Shown piece by piece: positions 38,124 through 50,830 of a stretch of DNA of 64,000 bases. A model generated the notes under the pieces. That model saw only the letters and a program-made list of their open reading frames with translations. It did no database searches and was not told where the DNA came from. The position numbers and the translations under genes are program-made. The stretch comes from Eledone cirrhosa (Eukaryota). Each line of letters opens with the position of its first letter. The first letter of the stretch is position 1. Where the stretch lies: the NCBI GenBank assembly GCA_964016885.1, contig OZ024749.1, positions 32,984,001-33,048,000 of the forward strand, read 5' to 3'.

Positions 38124-39089
38124 CTCTCTCTCTCTCTCTCTCTTTATATATATATATATATATATATTGTTATACTTGGTGAGGGTCATATTGTTGTAAT
38201 AATATTGCCAGAATTAATAACAGAACACACTCACTGTTTGGATGGTTTTCGCTTCTGTATCTTTTATATAAGTTAATTTATTCGGTCGGTCCTCAATGTT
38301 TACCATTGACTGACCAACGGTCAAAAATACAGATATAATATAAACACAAACACATATATATAGTCTAACAAAGTTCTTTCATTGCACATCTGCAACATCG
38401 TCAGTGGTGCTATTATGTTTCCTCCTGTTGTATTGTATGTCTACGCCATCTTTATTTAATCTGTTTATTTATTTATTTATTTATTTATTTTTCTCTTCTT
38501 CTCTGCGCATGCGTTTGCGTGTGTGTATAGTGTTTGATGTGTGTTTGCGTTTGGGTGACTGTGTTTTGGTTATTGTATTCTATCTTAGTTTACTAGTGTG
38601 TGTTTATATGTGTTTGTTGTTATTGTGCTTGTGTATTTATTTATTTATTTATTTATATTTCTCTTAGGTCAGTATTGTTTGTTTGGGTGTTGTTGTTATT
38701 CCATTCATTTTTTCTGTTTAGCTTTGGCCTTCTAAGTTCTATTTCACTGGCCTCTCTGATTTATATAAAACTAATAGTTATAGCATTCTGCATGGCTGAA
38801 TACAAATGTAAAGAAATGTACATTTCTTGTATTCAGCCATGTACAGTGATAAAACTATTTGTTAGTTATTTAACTATGGCAAAGCTGGCCATTAATCACT
38901 CGTTTACCTAAAACTGACTGGCCTATCTGCTGATATGCAAACATGTCTGATCAGTGGGTCTGCTAATATACAGATCTGGTTGATCAGGCAGTCTGCTAAT
39001 ATGCAAATCAGGCCAATGAGTCACTGTATATTCCAGAAATATATCATATATTTTCACTAGCTCTGACAGTTGGCAGGTAAACAGTATAC

Positions 39090-39132
39090 GGTACTGATGA
39101 AGGGTAATAACCCAGAAACATTAGTGTTTGCC
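39090..39132 (+). ncRNA. Candidate type I hammerhead in lipase intron 2
   Basis: ggta CTGATGA a-gggt-aata-accc-a GAAA ca-ttag-tGTT tgcc. Confidence 0.55.
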
Positions 39133-39616
39133 ATTCTGTTTATATGCCAACAAAAGAGCAAGAATGACGGGGTCATTCTACTGACATTGTTTAAGAGGCT
39201 GTTTGCATAATTACAAACGAATTGAATATTATTATTAATATTTGAAAAACTCAGATTTACATTATATATATATATATATCGTATATACTCGTGTAAAAGT
39301 TAAATACTTTAGACTATATTTTAAGGCAAAATTTATGGTGTTGACTATTTCATTGATATCACTTTTGAGGGCTTGAAATTCAATCTAGAATCCAAAGTAC
39401 CATATCAGTAGCAGAAACCCAACTGATCTCTAAACAAATAAAAACCTAAAACACAACTGTGAGGACTGTGTGCTCTTCACATTGTACTTTACCTGAATTT
39501 TCAGTTATTATCAGTTATTATTTATAGTCATTTACATTGGGACATTAACATTTAAAATTTAAAATTTTTTCAATACTCTGGATGTTGATATTTTTGTTTT
39601 TGTTTTGAAAATACAG

Positions 39617-39731
39617 GTTACATTTTAGCAGATGCTGGGTATGATGTATGGCTTACCAATTCACGAGGAACCACTTATGGAATGCGTCATATCAAGTACT
39701 CAACTTCCAGCCCTTTATTTTGGAAATGGAG
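39617..39731 (+). CDS. LIPA-like: Acid lipase exon 3
   Basis: YILADAGYDVWLTNSRGTTYG...FWKWS; canonical splice sites. Confidence 0.95.
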
Positions 39732-39908
39732 GTAAAGTAATGAATGACATTGGTGTCGTTAAATTTTCTTTTGTTCCTCTTGACAATGCTTAATTGTTTG
39801 AAAACTATATCGCTTTCTCTGTTTTCTGTCACTACAATTGTTTCCAGCAATCCCACCACCACCACCACCACCACCACCACCACCACCACCACTGCAATAT
39901 CAGCAGGT

Positions 39909-40350
39909 AGTGTCAGCAATGGTAAGACCAATAGGAACATAGTTTCCTTGGTCAGATCTGATGATCAGCTTCTTTTTCCTGCCAGATGTTGACAGGCAGA
40001 AAGTATCAGCAATGGTAAGACCAATGGAAACATAGCTTCCTTGGTTACATCTAATGATCAGTTCCTTTTTTCTGCTAGGTGTTGTGGTAAGCAGATAGTA
40101 TCAGCAATGGTAAGACCAATGGAAACATAGTTTCCTTGGTCACATCTTATGATCAGCCCCTTTCTTCTGCCATGAGTTGCAACCAGGATTTAGTATCAGC
40201 AATGGTAAGACCAATGGAAACATAGTTTCCTTTGTCACATCTGATGATCAGCTCCTTTTATTCTGCCAGTTGTAACCAGGAGACAGTATCAGCAATAGTA
40301 AGACCAATGGAAACATAGTTTCCTTTGTCAGGTGTGATGATCAGCTCCTT
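39909..40350. repeat. Intronic tandem repeat, ~94 bp x ~5
   Basis: agtatcagcaatggtaagaccaatggaaacatagtttccttggtcacatctgatgatcagc units. Confidence 0.9.
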
Positions 40351-40444
40351 TCCTATTTTTCAAGACATCAACTTTAAAACTAAAATTAAACTTTTTTATT
40401 TCTGTTTTTATTTGTTTATATATATTTGTTTGTTTCTTCCCCAG

Positions 40445-40595
40445 TTTTGACCAGATGGCTTCTTTAGACTTACCAGCAACAATAGACTATATCACCAATG
40501 TATCTGGTCAGCAGAAAATCTTCTATGTGGCACATTCACAAGGATCACTCATTGGATTTCTAGCATTCTCTGAAAATCAAACACTAGCCAAAAAG
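40445..40595 (+). CDS. LIPA-like: Acid lipase exon 4 (catalytic Ser)
   Basis: [16 protein letters not shown]...[13 protein letters not shown]...LAKK. Confidence 0.95.
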
Positions 40596-41142
40596 GTTTC
40601 TTTTTAAATTTTGTTCTCCATCTAGTTTTAAACAGTTTGTATGCTACATATGTGAAAAGTGCCATGGTTTATGGGGACAAGACATGTATGATGAACATGG
40701 AGCAACAGAGAAAGTTAGGAAGAATGTATATATAGTGTATATATATATCTATATCTATATCTATCTATCTATATATATATATGGTATAATGGTCCCATAA
40801 CTTCTGATAGAGTCGTAGGGATGCTGTATTGACATACAGCATTTCTTTGGCATTTTAAGCCTGGCAGAGCCCATACCTCTCCAGGCTTGAGTACAGCAGA
40901 TTTCTTCCAGAAAAAATAGAAAGTGAGAGAGGAAATGAGAAAGAGATATAGAGGAAGAATCGACCCCAGTACTAGACTGGTACTTTTTTTTATTGAGGAA
41001 AAACTGGCATGCATGGGTGACTGTTGGTTTTCCACAAAAACACCTTACCTGGGCTTGTGCCTTAGAAAGGAACTTTCCTGATCCTCATCTTGATCAATAG
41101 AGTTAAAAACTTAACTGGTTAGATTTTATCTTTCATCTAATT

Positions 41143-41664
41143 CAGAGGTTCTCAACCCCACCACCACGTAATACCCTCAGTATCCCCAACCCTATTTCCA
41201 GAGAGACCTGCCTACATGCAAATTGTAAATAATATATAATAAATAAAATCGTTAATTTATATATAAGAAATAATATAATATATACTATGTGTCAATAAAT
41301 ATATATTTTTTATTTTACTATATTTATATATAATATGTATCATTTGATATTTAATATACTTCTATCGTGTATATTTAATATACTTTTGTCGTGTAGGAGA
41401 CACGGTAAAAAGGCTCCCAGTCCACACTGTAAATGTGGTTGGTGTTAGGAAGGGCATCCAGCCATAGAAAACCTGCCAGATACAGTCCTATACGAGTGAG
41501 ACACGGTCACCTGATCAATCTTGCTTCAAGTGGGACAATTCCCGTCTAACCCATGTTAGTGTGGAAGATAGATGTTAAACGATGATGAGGATGATGATTT
41601 TATATCATCTCTACAGTTCCCCCAGTGCCTTCTTAGGCCCTAGCGCCCACTTTGAGAACCTCTG
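41143..41664. mobile_element. hAT-type MITE with a nested RTE 3'UTR copy (~41390-41597, +)
   Basis: TIRs cagaggttctcaa/ttgagaacctctg with a perfect 8-bp TSD atctaatt. Confidence 0.85.
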
Positions 41665-41700
41665 ATCTAATTTCTCACTTTATCTAATTTTTATTCATAG

Positions 41701-41787
41701 ATAAAACTAATGGTTGCACTTGGCCCTGTATATACTGTTGGTCATATAACTAGCGCAGTCCGGTATGCTGCAATGATTGATGATCAG
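41701..41787 (+). CDS. LIPA-like: Acid lipase exon 5
   Basis: IKLMVALGPVYTVGHITSAVRYAAMIDDQ; tag acceptor, GTAAG donor. Confidence 0.9.
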
Positions 41788-41835
41788 GTAAGACTATCTT
41801 ATTTTACACTCAGCTTTTATGATTTACTGAGGTTT

Positions 41836-42088
41836 AACTCTTAATCTCCTGTACCACATGAAACCACATTAGCAAGACATTACTGAAAAGTACAAAGCAG
41901 CACTATGACTGCATCACATTAACCCTGAATGTCCTGTACCACATGAAACCACATTAGCAAGATATTCTTGAAAAGTACAAAGCAGAACTATGATTGCATC
42001 ACATTAACTCTTAATCTCCTGTACCACATGAAACCACATTAGTAAGACATTACTGAAAAGTATGAAGCAGCACTATGAGTGCATCATA
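41836..42088. repeat. Tandem repeat, ~84 bp x3
   Basis: tcctgtaccacatgaaaccacattagcaagacattactgaaaagtac repeated. Confidence 0.9.
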
Positions 42089-42435
42089 GAAAATTATAGT
42101 CTTCAATACTACAAAGTACCAACATAAAGCCAAATGCTAAGGATATATAATAGCACTCTCCAAAGGTTCTTTAACAATTTCATTTGAAAATGAATACATT
42201 ATCTGAAATATATTAGGAACTATTAAATATTTCGAATGTATTGAGTCGTCGTGTATGAAATTTGTAGAAATTTGTTTTTTTTCTACAAATTTCATACTTG
42301 ACGACCCAATAACATCCTGATTTACTCATTTTTTCTTTTTTCTTCCTTCTTCCTTATCTGGCTTTGTTAGCTTCAATATTCATAACTACGTTTGTATTGT
42401 AGCAATTGTACTGTTGCACCCTCACACACACATAA

Positions 42436-42474
<39 letters not shown>

Positions 42475-42477
<3 letters not shown>

Positions 42478-42685
42478 GGTGGGCCAGAATTCATGACTCA
42501 CTTGATTATTTATAGATTAGATTATTTATAAATAAAAAAACCTGTCAGGCATATTAAGAAATAAAAATATAAATTAAGAAACCTGCTAAGAAATAAAATA
42601 ATAAATTAAAACAACACAATGACAATAAAATAAGCATGTTAAGAAATATAACTAACAAGTGTGTCATGAATTCTGGCCCACCCTG
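42475..42685. mobile_element. Tc1/mariner MITE
   Basis: TA-flanked TIRs cagggtgggccagaattcatgac / gtcatgaattctggcccaccctg. Confidence 0.85.
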
Positions 42686-42689
42686 TATA

Positions 42690-42767
42690 CAGGGTGTCCC
42701 AAAAGTCTTGAGACAATTTTATATAGATATATATATAAAATTGTCTAGGGACTTTGTAGACACCCTG
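42690..42767. mobile_element. Adjacent short Tc1/mariner MITE
   Basis: TA-flanked cagggtgtc ... gacaccctg. Confidence 0.75.
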
Positions 42768-42841
42768 TATATATATATATGTTGATTCCCCACCATATAG
42801 CAAACATGACCTAATCTTCTAGAATTGTCTAATTTTAACAG

Positions 42842-42997
42842 ACATTATATGACATAGCTGGAAGGAAATATTTCCTACCTGAGAATATTATCATCTCATC
42901 ACTTGCCAAAACAGTTTGTCGCTGCCCAAAGACCAGATTTATCTGCAGAGATGCTATTCAACTTATTGCGAATTTCGATGCTCAGTATCTCAATGAA
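42842..42997 (+). CDS. LIPA-like: Acid lipase exon 6 (cap/lid region)
   Basis: TLYDIAGRKYFLP...VCRCPKTRFICRDAIQLIANFDAQYLNE; cag acceptor, GTAAGT donor. Confidence 0.9.
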
Positions 42998-44044
42998 GTA
43001 AGTACTCAAATCCTTTTATTCCTGCTTTTCTTGTTTTCAGTCTTTGGACGGCTCCATGCTAGGCCCTTTTCCACACTGCCTTTAAAGGTTGTTACTACTA
43101 CTCAGTATTGTACATGGAAACTGTCAGTTGTTTCCAGGTTGTCGGGTACATCGTACATGGATAGATGACGGCCCGGTTTCGTTCTATTTCAAATGAATAC
43201 AAATCTGTGACCGCGCACGATGTGTGTGTGTGTCTGTGTGTGCGTGTGTGTCTGTGTGTGTGTGTTGTGTGTGTGTGTTCCACCCTGCCTTTAAAGGTTT
43301 AAATCAATCAGTGAGGTCCACGTCACCATCCCAGAGTGTTGATAGAATAAACTATCAGCCAAGTACTGTATGCATGTAATCTCGGCTCTCGAATAATCGT
43401 CCACCCCTCCTTCTGCGTATTCAGCTTCATCCCCCCACCCCCGCTTATTAAATTTTGCTAATCTCTCTTCGGTTAACGCAAGTGAAATGTGTTGAGAGGA
43501 GAAGACCTGTCTAATCCATGTAAGGTGTGGTCAGAGGTAGTGAGAGGAGAAGAAGACTTTACCAACTCGTGTAAGATGTGGTCGGAGGTGTTGATGGAGT
43601 AGAAGACCTGACTAACCTATGAAAGATGTGGTAAGAGTTGTTCCCAGAACACAAAACTTTAAATAGGAGATCACGATGGAATGTGATAAGTAGAGGAAAG
43701 CTGTGTTGTAGAAAACCCATCCAACACATGCAAACATGGAAAAGTAGATGTAAAAATAATGATATTTTTGTTCCTTTCCTCCCTCTATATTCCTTGCTTT
43801 CCAATAACCCTCCCCTATACACCACGCCTTGCCTTCCAGTGCTTCTCTCAGCTCTCCCAGCACCACGTTTCTTACAAGGAGAGTAGGGACTGTAGTGATT
43901 AGTTTGGGAATCCCTGATCTACACTTTCAGTTAGACACCAGGTAGAGTCGGTATTCAGCTCACAACAGCCACAGACTAGAATTTAGTGCATAGCTGCTAA
44001 TATTTGAATTTGTAGACCTATCAAATCTCTGTAGAAAATATGAA

Positions 44045-44235
44045 TAATGATTTCTAGTATAGGCACAAGGCCAGTAATTTGAGGGGAAGGAAAAGTCGAT
44101 TAAATCGACACCAGTACCTTACTGGTGCTTTATCTTATCGACCCCATAAGGATGAAAGGCAAAGTTAACCTCGGCGGATTATGCTGCAAAGCATGGTGTC
44201 TGAAGCTCTACCGATATTGCCAATCCACCACCCTT
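44045..44235 (-). mobile_element. Group B SINE
   Basis: Reverse complement of the core and head. Confidence 0.8.
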
Positions 44236-44313
44236 ATATGAATAATAAAAATGATATATTCTCTTATTGATGTTTCATTAAAAAAATGCTTCTTTTTTTT
44301 TTTTTTTCAACAG

Positions 44314-44385
44314 TCTCGTTTACCTATTTATTTGACACATACACCTGCTGGTACCTCGACTCAAAATATGATCCATTTTTCTCAG
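44314..44385 (+). CDS. LIPA-like: Acid lipase exon 7
   Basis: SRLPIYLTHTPAGTSTQNMIHFSQ, 72 nt. Confidence 0.95.
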
Positions 44386-44499
44386 GTAAGATTGCAAAGA
44401 AATTTGGCACAGTGTAAGAAAATACATCAAATTTACATATTAGTGAATGTAAAAATGATGATGGTAATGATATAATATACCCCACCTCTTCTTTTTCTT

Positions 44500-45170
44500 C
44501 TTCTTCACCCACTTATTCCTGAGAGGGTCGTGGGGGCAGAGTCCTCAAACACTTCTTCCAGTGGGTCCTGTCAGAAGCAACCATCTCCAATTGATCCGAC
44601 TGGATCTTTAAGTGAGACCAGCCAAGCTCATGGATGTCATCCACCCATCTTGCTCAGGGTCTACTCCTGGGTCTGCTGCTGGTTGGTTTTGTCTGTAATA
44701 TCTCTCCAGTGATTCTTTCCTGAGACATTCTAACCACATGCTCATAGTATCATAGCTGTGATCTCTCGATTTGGAAAAATACCTCACCTCATCATCATCA
44801 TCATCATCGTTTAAGGTCCATCTTCCACGCTAGCATGGCTAGACGGGCTGTCCCTTTGTGAGAGATTAGGTCAGGGGGACTATAATTCACTCACTCAGAA
44901 CTGATTTGGCTTCGTTGCTACGGCTGGATGCCTCTCCTAATCCAACCACATTTACAGTGTGTGCTGAGTGCTTTTTACCGTGACACCTACACAACCACTC
45001 TACAGTGTGGACTGGGTGCTTTTTGTTGTGACACCTACATGACCACTTTACAGCGTGGACTGGGTGCTTTTTGTTGTGACGCCTACACGACCACTTTACA
45101 TTTTCTGGTTGGGCGTTTGCTTTTGTCATGACACCTACATGACCACTACAGTGGTCTGGGCTTTTTTGTT
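44500..45170 (-). mobile_element. Two RTE-derived 3' fragments (ORF end 44500-44780; 3'UTR with internal repeats 44788-45170)
   Basis: Minus strand reads ...DRTHWKKCLRTLPPRPSQE*; second piece has a (GAT)n tail and cactttacagtgtggactgggtgc repeats. Confidence 0.65.
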
Positions 45171-45312
45171 GAAGCTCCAGGTGGAGGTTGGGAACCTAAA
45201 ATAAACAAACAAAACAAGTAGTACTAAATAAAATAAGTTTCCCTTTTGTCATATTTTTAAATGTAATTTTTTACTATAAAATTATAAGGGCTTTTGTTTT
45301 TGGACATTTCAG

Positions 45313-45384
45313 CTGGTTCGTTCCAAGATCAGTCAAAAGTATGACTATGGTTCAAAACATGAAAACTATTTTTACTATGGACAG
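45313..45384 (+). CDS. LIPA-like: Acid lipase exon 8
   Basis: LVRSKISQKYDYGSKHENYFYYGQ, 72 nt. Confidence 0.95.
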
Positions 45385-45777
45385 GTATGTTTTGTTTTTC
45401 ATTTCTAACTAGAAACATCAGAAATGTCTTCATGTTTAATCCTTTTTATACCAAATCTAGTTTTACAATACAAAACTATATTTTATAATGTTTGTATGTT
45501 ACTGTTAGACTCGTAACTCCTGATGGAGTTGTAGGGGTACTGTAGTGACATATGCTGTTTCTTGGAAATTTAAAACCTGACTGAGCCCAAATCCTCTCTA
45601 CGTCTGAAGTTGGGCATTTTAAACCTGAAGAAGATCATCTCTCTACGTCTGAAGTTGGGTATTTTAAACCCGACAGAGCTCATCTCTGTTTTCTTGTGGC
45701 ATCACAACTACCAACGGACAGGATGGACTGGGAGCTTTTTTCATGTCACCAGCATTATCATCTTATAGTGTGGACTA

Positions 45778-45821
<44 letters not shown>

Positions 45822-46286
45822 CAAACTCACTCATAATGTTTGGGCCTATCTGAGGCTTTGGTAATGACATTTGGCCATAATACCACGTAATAGGATCGAA
45901 CCTGGAACCTCATTATTGTAAAGCGAATTTCTTAAGCAAGCAGCCATAATTGCGAACAAAGTCAAATGGATTCGCTTGAAAATTGATGTCGTTAGGCTAC
46001 CGGGAATTTACATCGATCCTGCTTATTTTTAAAGCTACTACAAATATATTGAATTAAAAACATATAAGAATAATTAATCCAAGAAAGATAACTTTTGTTA
46101 TTTTCGAAAAAAAAAAAAAAAAGAAGATAGCTAAGGGAAGTAACTCTTCGTATTTAATTTCGTGTTGTCACCATTAATATACACATACTTACACATACAT
46201 ACACACACATACATACATACAAATATGCGTGCATTACAAACGGTAAAATAAATAAATGCAATATCTTCTTGCTCTCTGTTTTACAG

Positions 46287-46373
46287 ACCTCACCACCACT
46301 CTATAATGTCAGTAACCTACAAATACCTGTAGCCCTTTATTCTGGTGGACGTGATACACTTGCTGACCCTAAG
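46287..46373 (+). CDS. LIPA-like: Acid lipase exon 9 (catalytic Asp)
   Basis: TSPPLYNVSNLQIPVALYSGGRDTLADPK. Confidence 0.95.
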
Positions 46374-46639
46374 GTTTGACATTTTTCTTTTTATGAATAA
46401 CTTACAAAATATTGTGGAAATTTGAAATTTGAAATTTGAAAATATAGTTGCCACAGTGCGAATAACTATAACTCATAGTTGATAAAGATAGATAATAGTT
46501 GGATAAATCAAGTAAAGTACCCCTGAAAATAGAAAAAAACTTAACAGGGTGCTGTAGTCTATTTTTTTCCCTCTCCAGAGTTACTTTACCTGAATTATCC
46601 AGTTAATATTTATATTTATCAACTATTATTATAGTTATC

Positions 46640-46822
46640 TGCGGTGGATTGGCAGAGTTGGTAGAGGGTTGGACATGCTTTCCAGCATAGTTACGTCCCT
46701 TTACGATCTGAGTTCAAATCCCGCCAAGGTTAACTTTGCCTTTCATCCTTACGAGGTCGATAAAATAAAGTACCAGTAATGTACTGGGTAATTGCTGGCC
46801 TTGTGCCGAAAGTAGAAACAAT
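46640..46822 (+). mobile_element. Group B SINE with ~17-bp TSD, inserted in a fold-back MITE (~46450-46846)
   Basis: ttattatagttatctgc on both sides; host arms tagttgataaa/tttatcaacta and ggataaatcaagtaaagta/tactttacctgaattatcc. Confidence 0.8.
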
Positions 46823-47554
46823 TATTATAGTTATCTGCATTATGGTGTCTATATTTTGAAGTTTTTCTTTTTCTCTCTTTATTTTCTTCTTGCCATGGTT
46901 TTAATAATTTTTTTTTATCAATTTCTTTCTTTTTGTCTTTCTCTTCTTCTGTCTCCTTTTTTCTCTAAATTATCTCCCTTCCAGCTCCTCTCCCTCTTCC
47001 TACTGCTTCTTCTTCTCTTTCCTTGTTCCCCTTCTGCCTCCATCTTGTCACCTTCTCTACTTTTCTTTTTGCTTTGTATTGTTTAGCTTCTTTTTTTGTT
47101 ATTTTTTTATTTTTTTTACTTTTCTGATTCCAATCTATGTTGCACTGGATATTGCTGGCTGTTCTCTCTGGCAATGGTTTTGCCATCTTGTTCATGGGGC
47201 TATACTAGTTCTGTTCTAGGGCTAAACAACAACAACAACGACAACGACAACAGCAACAATACTTTTAATCAAAGTTCTGTTGAACCAGGGCTGTCCTGGG
47301 GCTAAACAACAACAGCAACAATACTTTTAATCAAAGTTCTGTTGAACCAGGGCTGTCCTAAGGCTAAACAACAACAACAACAACAAAAACAGCAACATAT
47401 ATGTTGCCAGTCTTAAGCCATTTGGTATGAAACTGTTTGAAACTGCCCCTGGTTCTATGATACACAACTAATTGTTTTGTCTTATCAACAATCACCTTAC
47501 AGGATGTACCGGGTTTATTCATCATAGCACAAGCAATTTTTTGAAAGGGTTAAT

Positions 47555-47760
47555 AAGGATTTCTGATTTAGGCACAAGGCCAACAGAGGAGGGGAAAGTC
47601 GATTAAATCAACCCCAGTACATTACTGGTGCTTTATTTTATCGACCCCATGAGGATGAAAGGCAATGCTAACTTTGGCGGGATTTGAACGGAGGCCGTAA
47701 AGGGCCGTAACTCTATGCAGCAAAGCATGGTGTCCAATGATCTATCAATACTGCCAATCA
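47555..47760 (-). mobile_element. Group B SINE
   Basis: Reverse-complement match to the family. Confidence 0.8.
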
Positions 47761-47892
47761 ACGGTTGAAACGGTTAATAATGAAATAATTAATAATTTTA
47801 GTAAATTGCTCCAAATTCTTCATTGATCAATTAAAATATAATTCGCAGCCTTTTAATGAAAGGGTTAACTTGATTTCATCTTTTTATTCTAG

Positions 47893-48036
47893 GATGTCGC
47901 TATACTGACAAAGTTGCTGAAGACAAAAGTGTCTCATGTGGTTATCCCACATTGGGCACATCTAGAGTTTATCTGGGCAACAGATGCATGGGATATGGTC
48001 TATAAACAGATGATTCAACTACTCAATAAATATTGA
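47893..48036 (+). CDS. LIPA-like: Acid lipase exon 10 (catalytic His, stop); total CDS 1320 nt / 439 aa
   Basis: DVAILTKLL...IPHWAHLEFIWATDAWDMVYKQMIQLLNKY*; all exon phases are consistent. Confidence 0.95.
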   Translation, partial: DVAILTKLLKTKVSHVVIPHWAHLEFIWATDAWDMVYKQMIQLLNKY

Positions 48037-48179
48037 AGGTAATTCATTTGGTTTTTTTAATTTTTTTTTTTCCCTGATGCTTCTTCTTCTTCAAAAAGTT
48101 TAGCTCTTATGTTTCATTTTTGGCATTGTTTCTATGGCTGGATGTCCTTTCTAATGTTCAACACTTTACAACATGTACT

Positions 48180-49410
48180 GGGTGTATTTAATTGTGGCAC
48201 TAACATTACCATTTTGCAACATGTACTGAGACCTTTTTATTGTGACACCAACATTACCACTTTACAGTGTGGGCTGGGTGTATTTTGATGTGGCACCAGC
48301 ATTACCACTTTACAGTGTATACTGGGTGTATTTTATTGTGACACCATCACTACCACTTTACAGTGTATACTGGGCGTATTTTATTGTGGCACCAGCACTA
48401 CCACTTTACAGTGTATACTGGGCGTATTTTATTGTGACACCAGCACTACCACTTTACAGTGTATACTGGGCGTATTTTATTGTGGCACCAGCACTACCAC
48501 TTTACAGTGTATACTGGGCGTATTTTATTGTGGCACCAGCACTACCACTTTACAGTGTATACTGGGTGTATTTTATTGTGGCACCAGCACTACCACTTTA
48601 CAGTGTATACTGGGCGTATTTTATTGTGATACCAGCACTACCACTTTACAGTGTATACTGGGTGTATTTTATTGTGACACCATCACTACCACTTTACAGT
48701 GTATACTGGGCGTATTTTATTGTGACACCATCACTACCACTTTACAGTGTATACTGGGCGTATTTTATTGTGATACCAGCACTACCACTTTACAGTGTAT
48801 ACTGGGTGTATTTTATTGTGATACCAGCACTACCACTTTACAGTGTATACTGGGTGTATTTTATTGTGACACCATCACTACCACTTTACAGTGTATACTG
48901 GGCGTATTTTATTGTGACACCATCACTACCACTTTACAGTGTATACTGGGCGTATTTTATTGTGATACCAGCACTACCACTTTACAGTGTATACTGGGTG
49001 TATTTTATTGTGATACCAGCACTACCACTTTACAGTGTATACTGGGTGTATTTTATTGTGACACCATCACTACCACTTTACAGTGTATACTGGGCGTATT
49101 TTATTGTGACACCATCACTACCACTTTACAGTGTATACTGGGCGTATTTTATTGTGGCACCAGCACTACCACTTTACAGTGTATACTGGGTGTATTTTAT
49201 TGTGATACCAGCACTACCACTTTACAGTGTATACTGGGTGTATTTTATTGTGATACCAGCACTACCACTTTACAGTGTATACTGGGTGTATTTTATTGTG
49301 ATACCAGCACTACCACTTTACAGTGTATACTGGGCGTATTTTATTGTGGCACCAGCACTACCACTTTACAGTGTATACTGGGTGTATTTTATTGTGACAC
49401 CAGCACTCTC
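48180..49410. repeat. Homogeneous 48-bp minisatellite, ~25 copies, derived from a retroelement 3' segment
   Basis: tattttattgtggcaccagcactaccactttacagtgtatactgggcg units, preceded by ggctggatgtcctttctaa. Confidence 0.95.
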
Positions 49411-49527
49411 CCCATAATGATACAAGAGTATTTGCTTTATCTTCAGCCAAATTGGGATACCATGGTTGGAGTTTAGTGACAGAGCTATAGATAACATTAT
49501 TATCATGTTTTTCCTTTTATTTTCCAG

Positions 49528-49580
49528 ATAATCAATGCAGTTGGAATTCCAATAAAGTTTTCTCAGGAATCAGAACTATT
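49528..49580 (+). other. Candidate non-coding terminal exon of the lipase, with polyA signal
   Basis: Pyrimidine tract plus ccag acceptor (49526-49527), AATAAA at 49551; matching donor AG|GTAATT at 48039. Confidence 0.55.
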
Positions 49581-49782
49581 TAATCTATTGAATAACTAAT
49601 TAAACACTGCCTTAGATCTGCAACAATTCTACAGAATGTATATGTACGTGTATTTGTATCTATGCATACATGTATTGATAAAAGCGAGTGTGTGTGTGTT
49701 TGTGTGTGTTAGTGTGTAAGTATGTTTGTATAAGTGTATATATGTATCTGCTATATATATATATATAAATATGGATGTATGT

Positions 49783-49894
<112 letters not shown>

Positions 49895-50333
49895 CAGGTA
49901 CAACAGTGGCATATGGAGATACTTAAGTTTTGTTGGGTTTAACACCAATTCATTCAGTCTGCTCTATGCCATATAAATACATATATATATATATATCTAT
50001 ATCTATATATGTGCTATATACTTTGCGTTTCATCCTTTTGAAGTTGATAGAAAAAGAACCAGTTCAGTACTGAGGTCAATTCTGTCTGTCTGTCTGTCTG
50101 TCTGTTTCTGGAAGAAATCGGCACTCTGGAGAGAGAATGGTTCCCTTATGACTCCACTAGGAATTACAGGTCCATACATACATACATACATACATACATA
50201 CATACTATCTATATTATATATCATACATGTAGTACTTTATTGTTTTTTTTGTTTTTTTGGGCCTGGTTTTTCTGGATGGATACCCTTCCTATCACCAATC
50301 AGTTTACATCATGGATATATATATATATATATG

Positions 50334-50368
<35 letters not shown>

Positions 50369-50372
<4 letters not shown>

Positions 50373-50540
50373 GGCTTCTATAGGACTAGAACTGTTTCAT
50401 TCCTGATGATTTCTCCCGAATGAAACAGTTCTAGTCCTGTAGAAGCCATTTCTATATTAAATATTTATACTCTGCTATGTATTGAGTACCTTACTTACTG
50501 TGGTTACCCCCGATTGAACCGGGATAAACTTATCTTATAT
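50369..50540 (+). mobile_element. Hammerhead-core-bearing fold-back element in (TA)n
   Basis: 34-bp inverted arms around CTGATGAtttctccc, then GAAAC..GTC; inverted copy at 55065-55207. Confidence 0.6.
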
Positions 50541-50545
50541 ATGTA

Positions 50546-50632
<87 letters not shown>

Positions 50633-50635
<3 letters not shown>

Positions 50636-50830
50636 CAACACGGTAAAAACCTCCCAGTCCCACACTGTAAATGTGGTTGGTGTTAGGAAGGGCATCCAGC
50701 TGTAGAAAACCCTCCAGACAGTCCTATGCGAGCAAGACAACCACTCTTGCCTCAAGTGGGAAAACTCCCGTCCAAACCCATGCAAGCGTGGAACATGGAT
50801 GTTAAACGATGATGATGATGATGATGATGA
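50633..50830 (+). mobile_element. RTE LINE 3'UTR copy
   Basis: Matches 29790-29975. Confidence 0.85.

Noticed and set aside
39909-40350. Tandem repeat containing CTGATGA and GAAAC as a possible retrozyme
   Set aside because: No convincing stem I or stem II; GAAAC is part of a simple local hairpin, and the core is mutated in some units
48242-49417. 391-aa hydrophobic repeat ORF, or a CRISPR-like array
   Set aside because: 48-bp minisatellite with no unique spacers, derived from a retroelement tail; open only because the unit is stop-free and a multiple of 3
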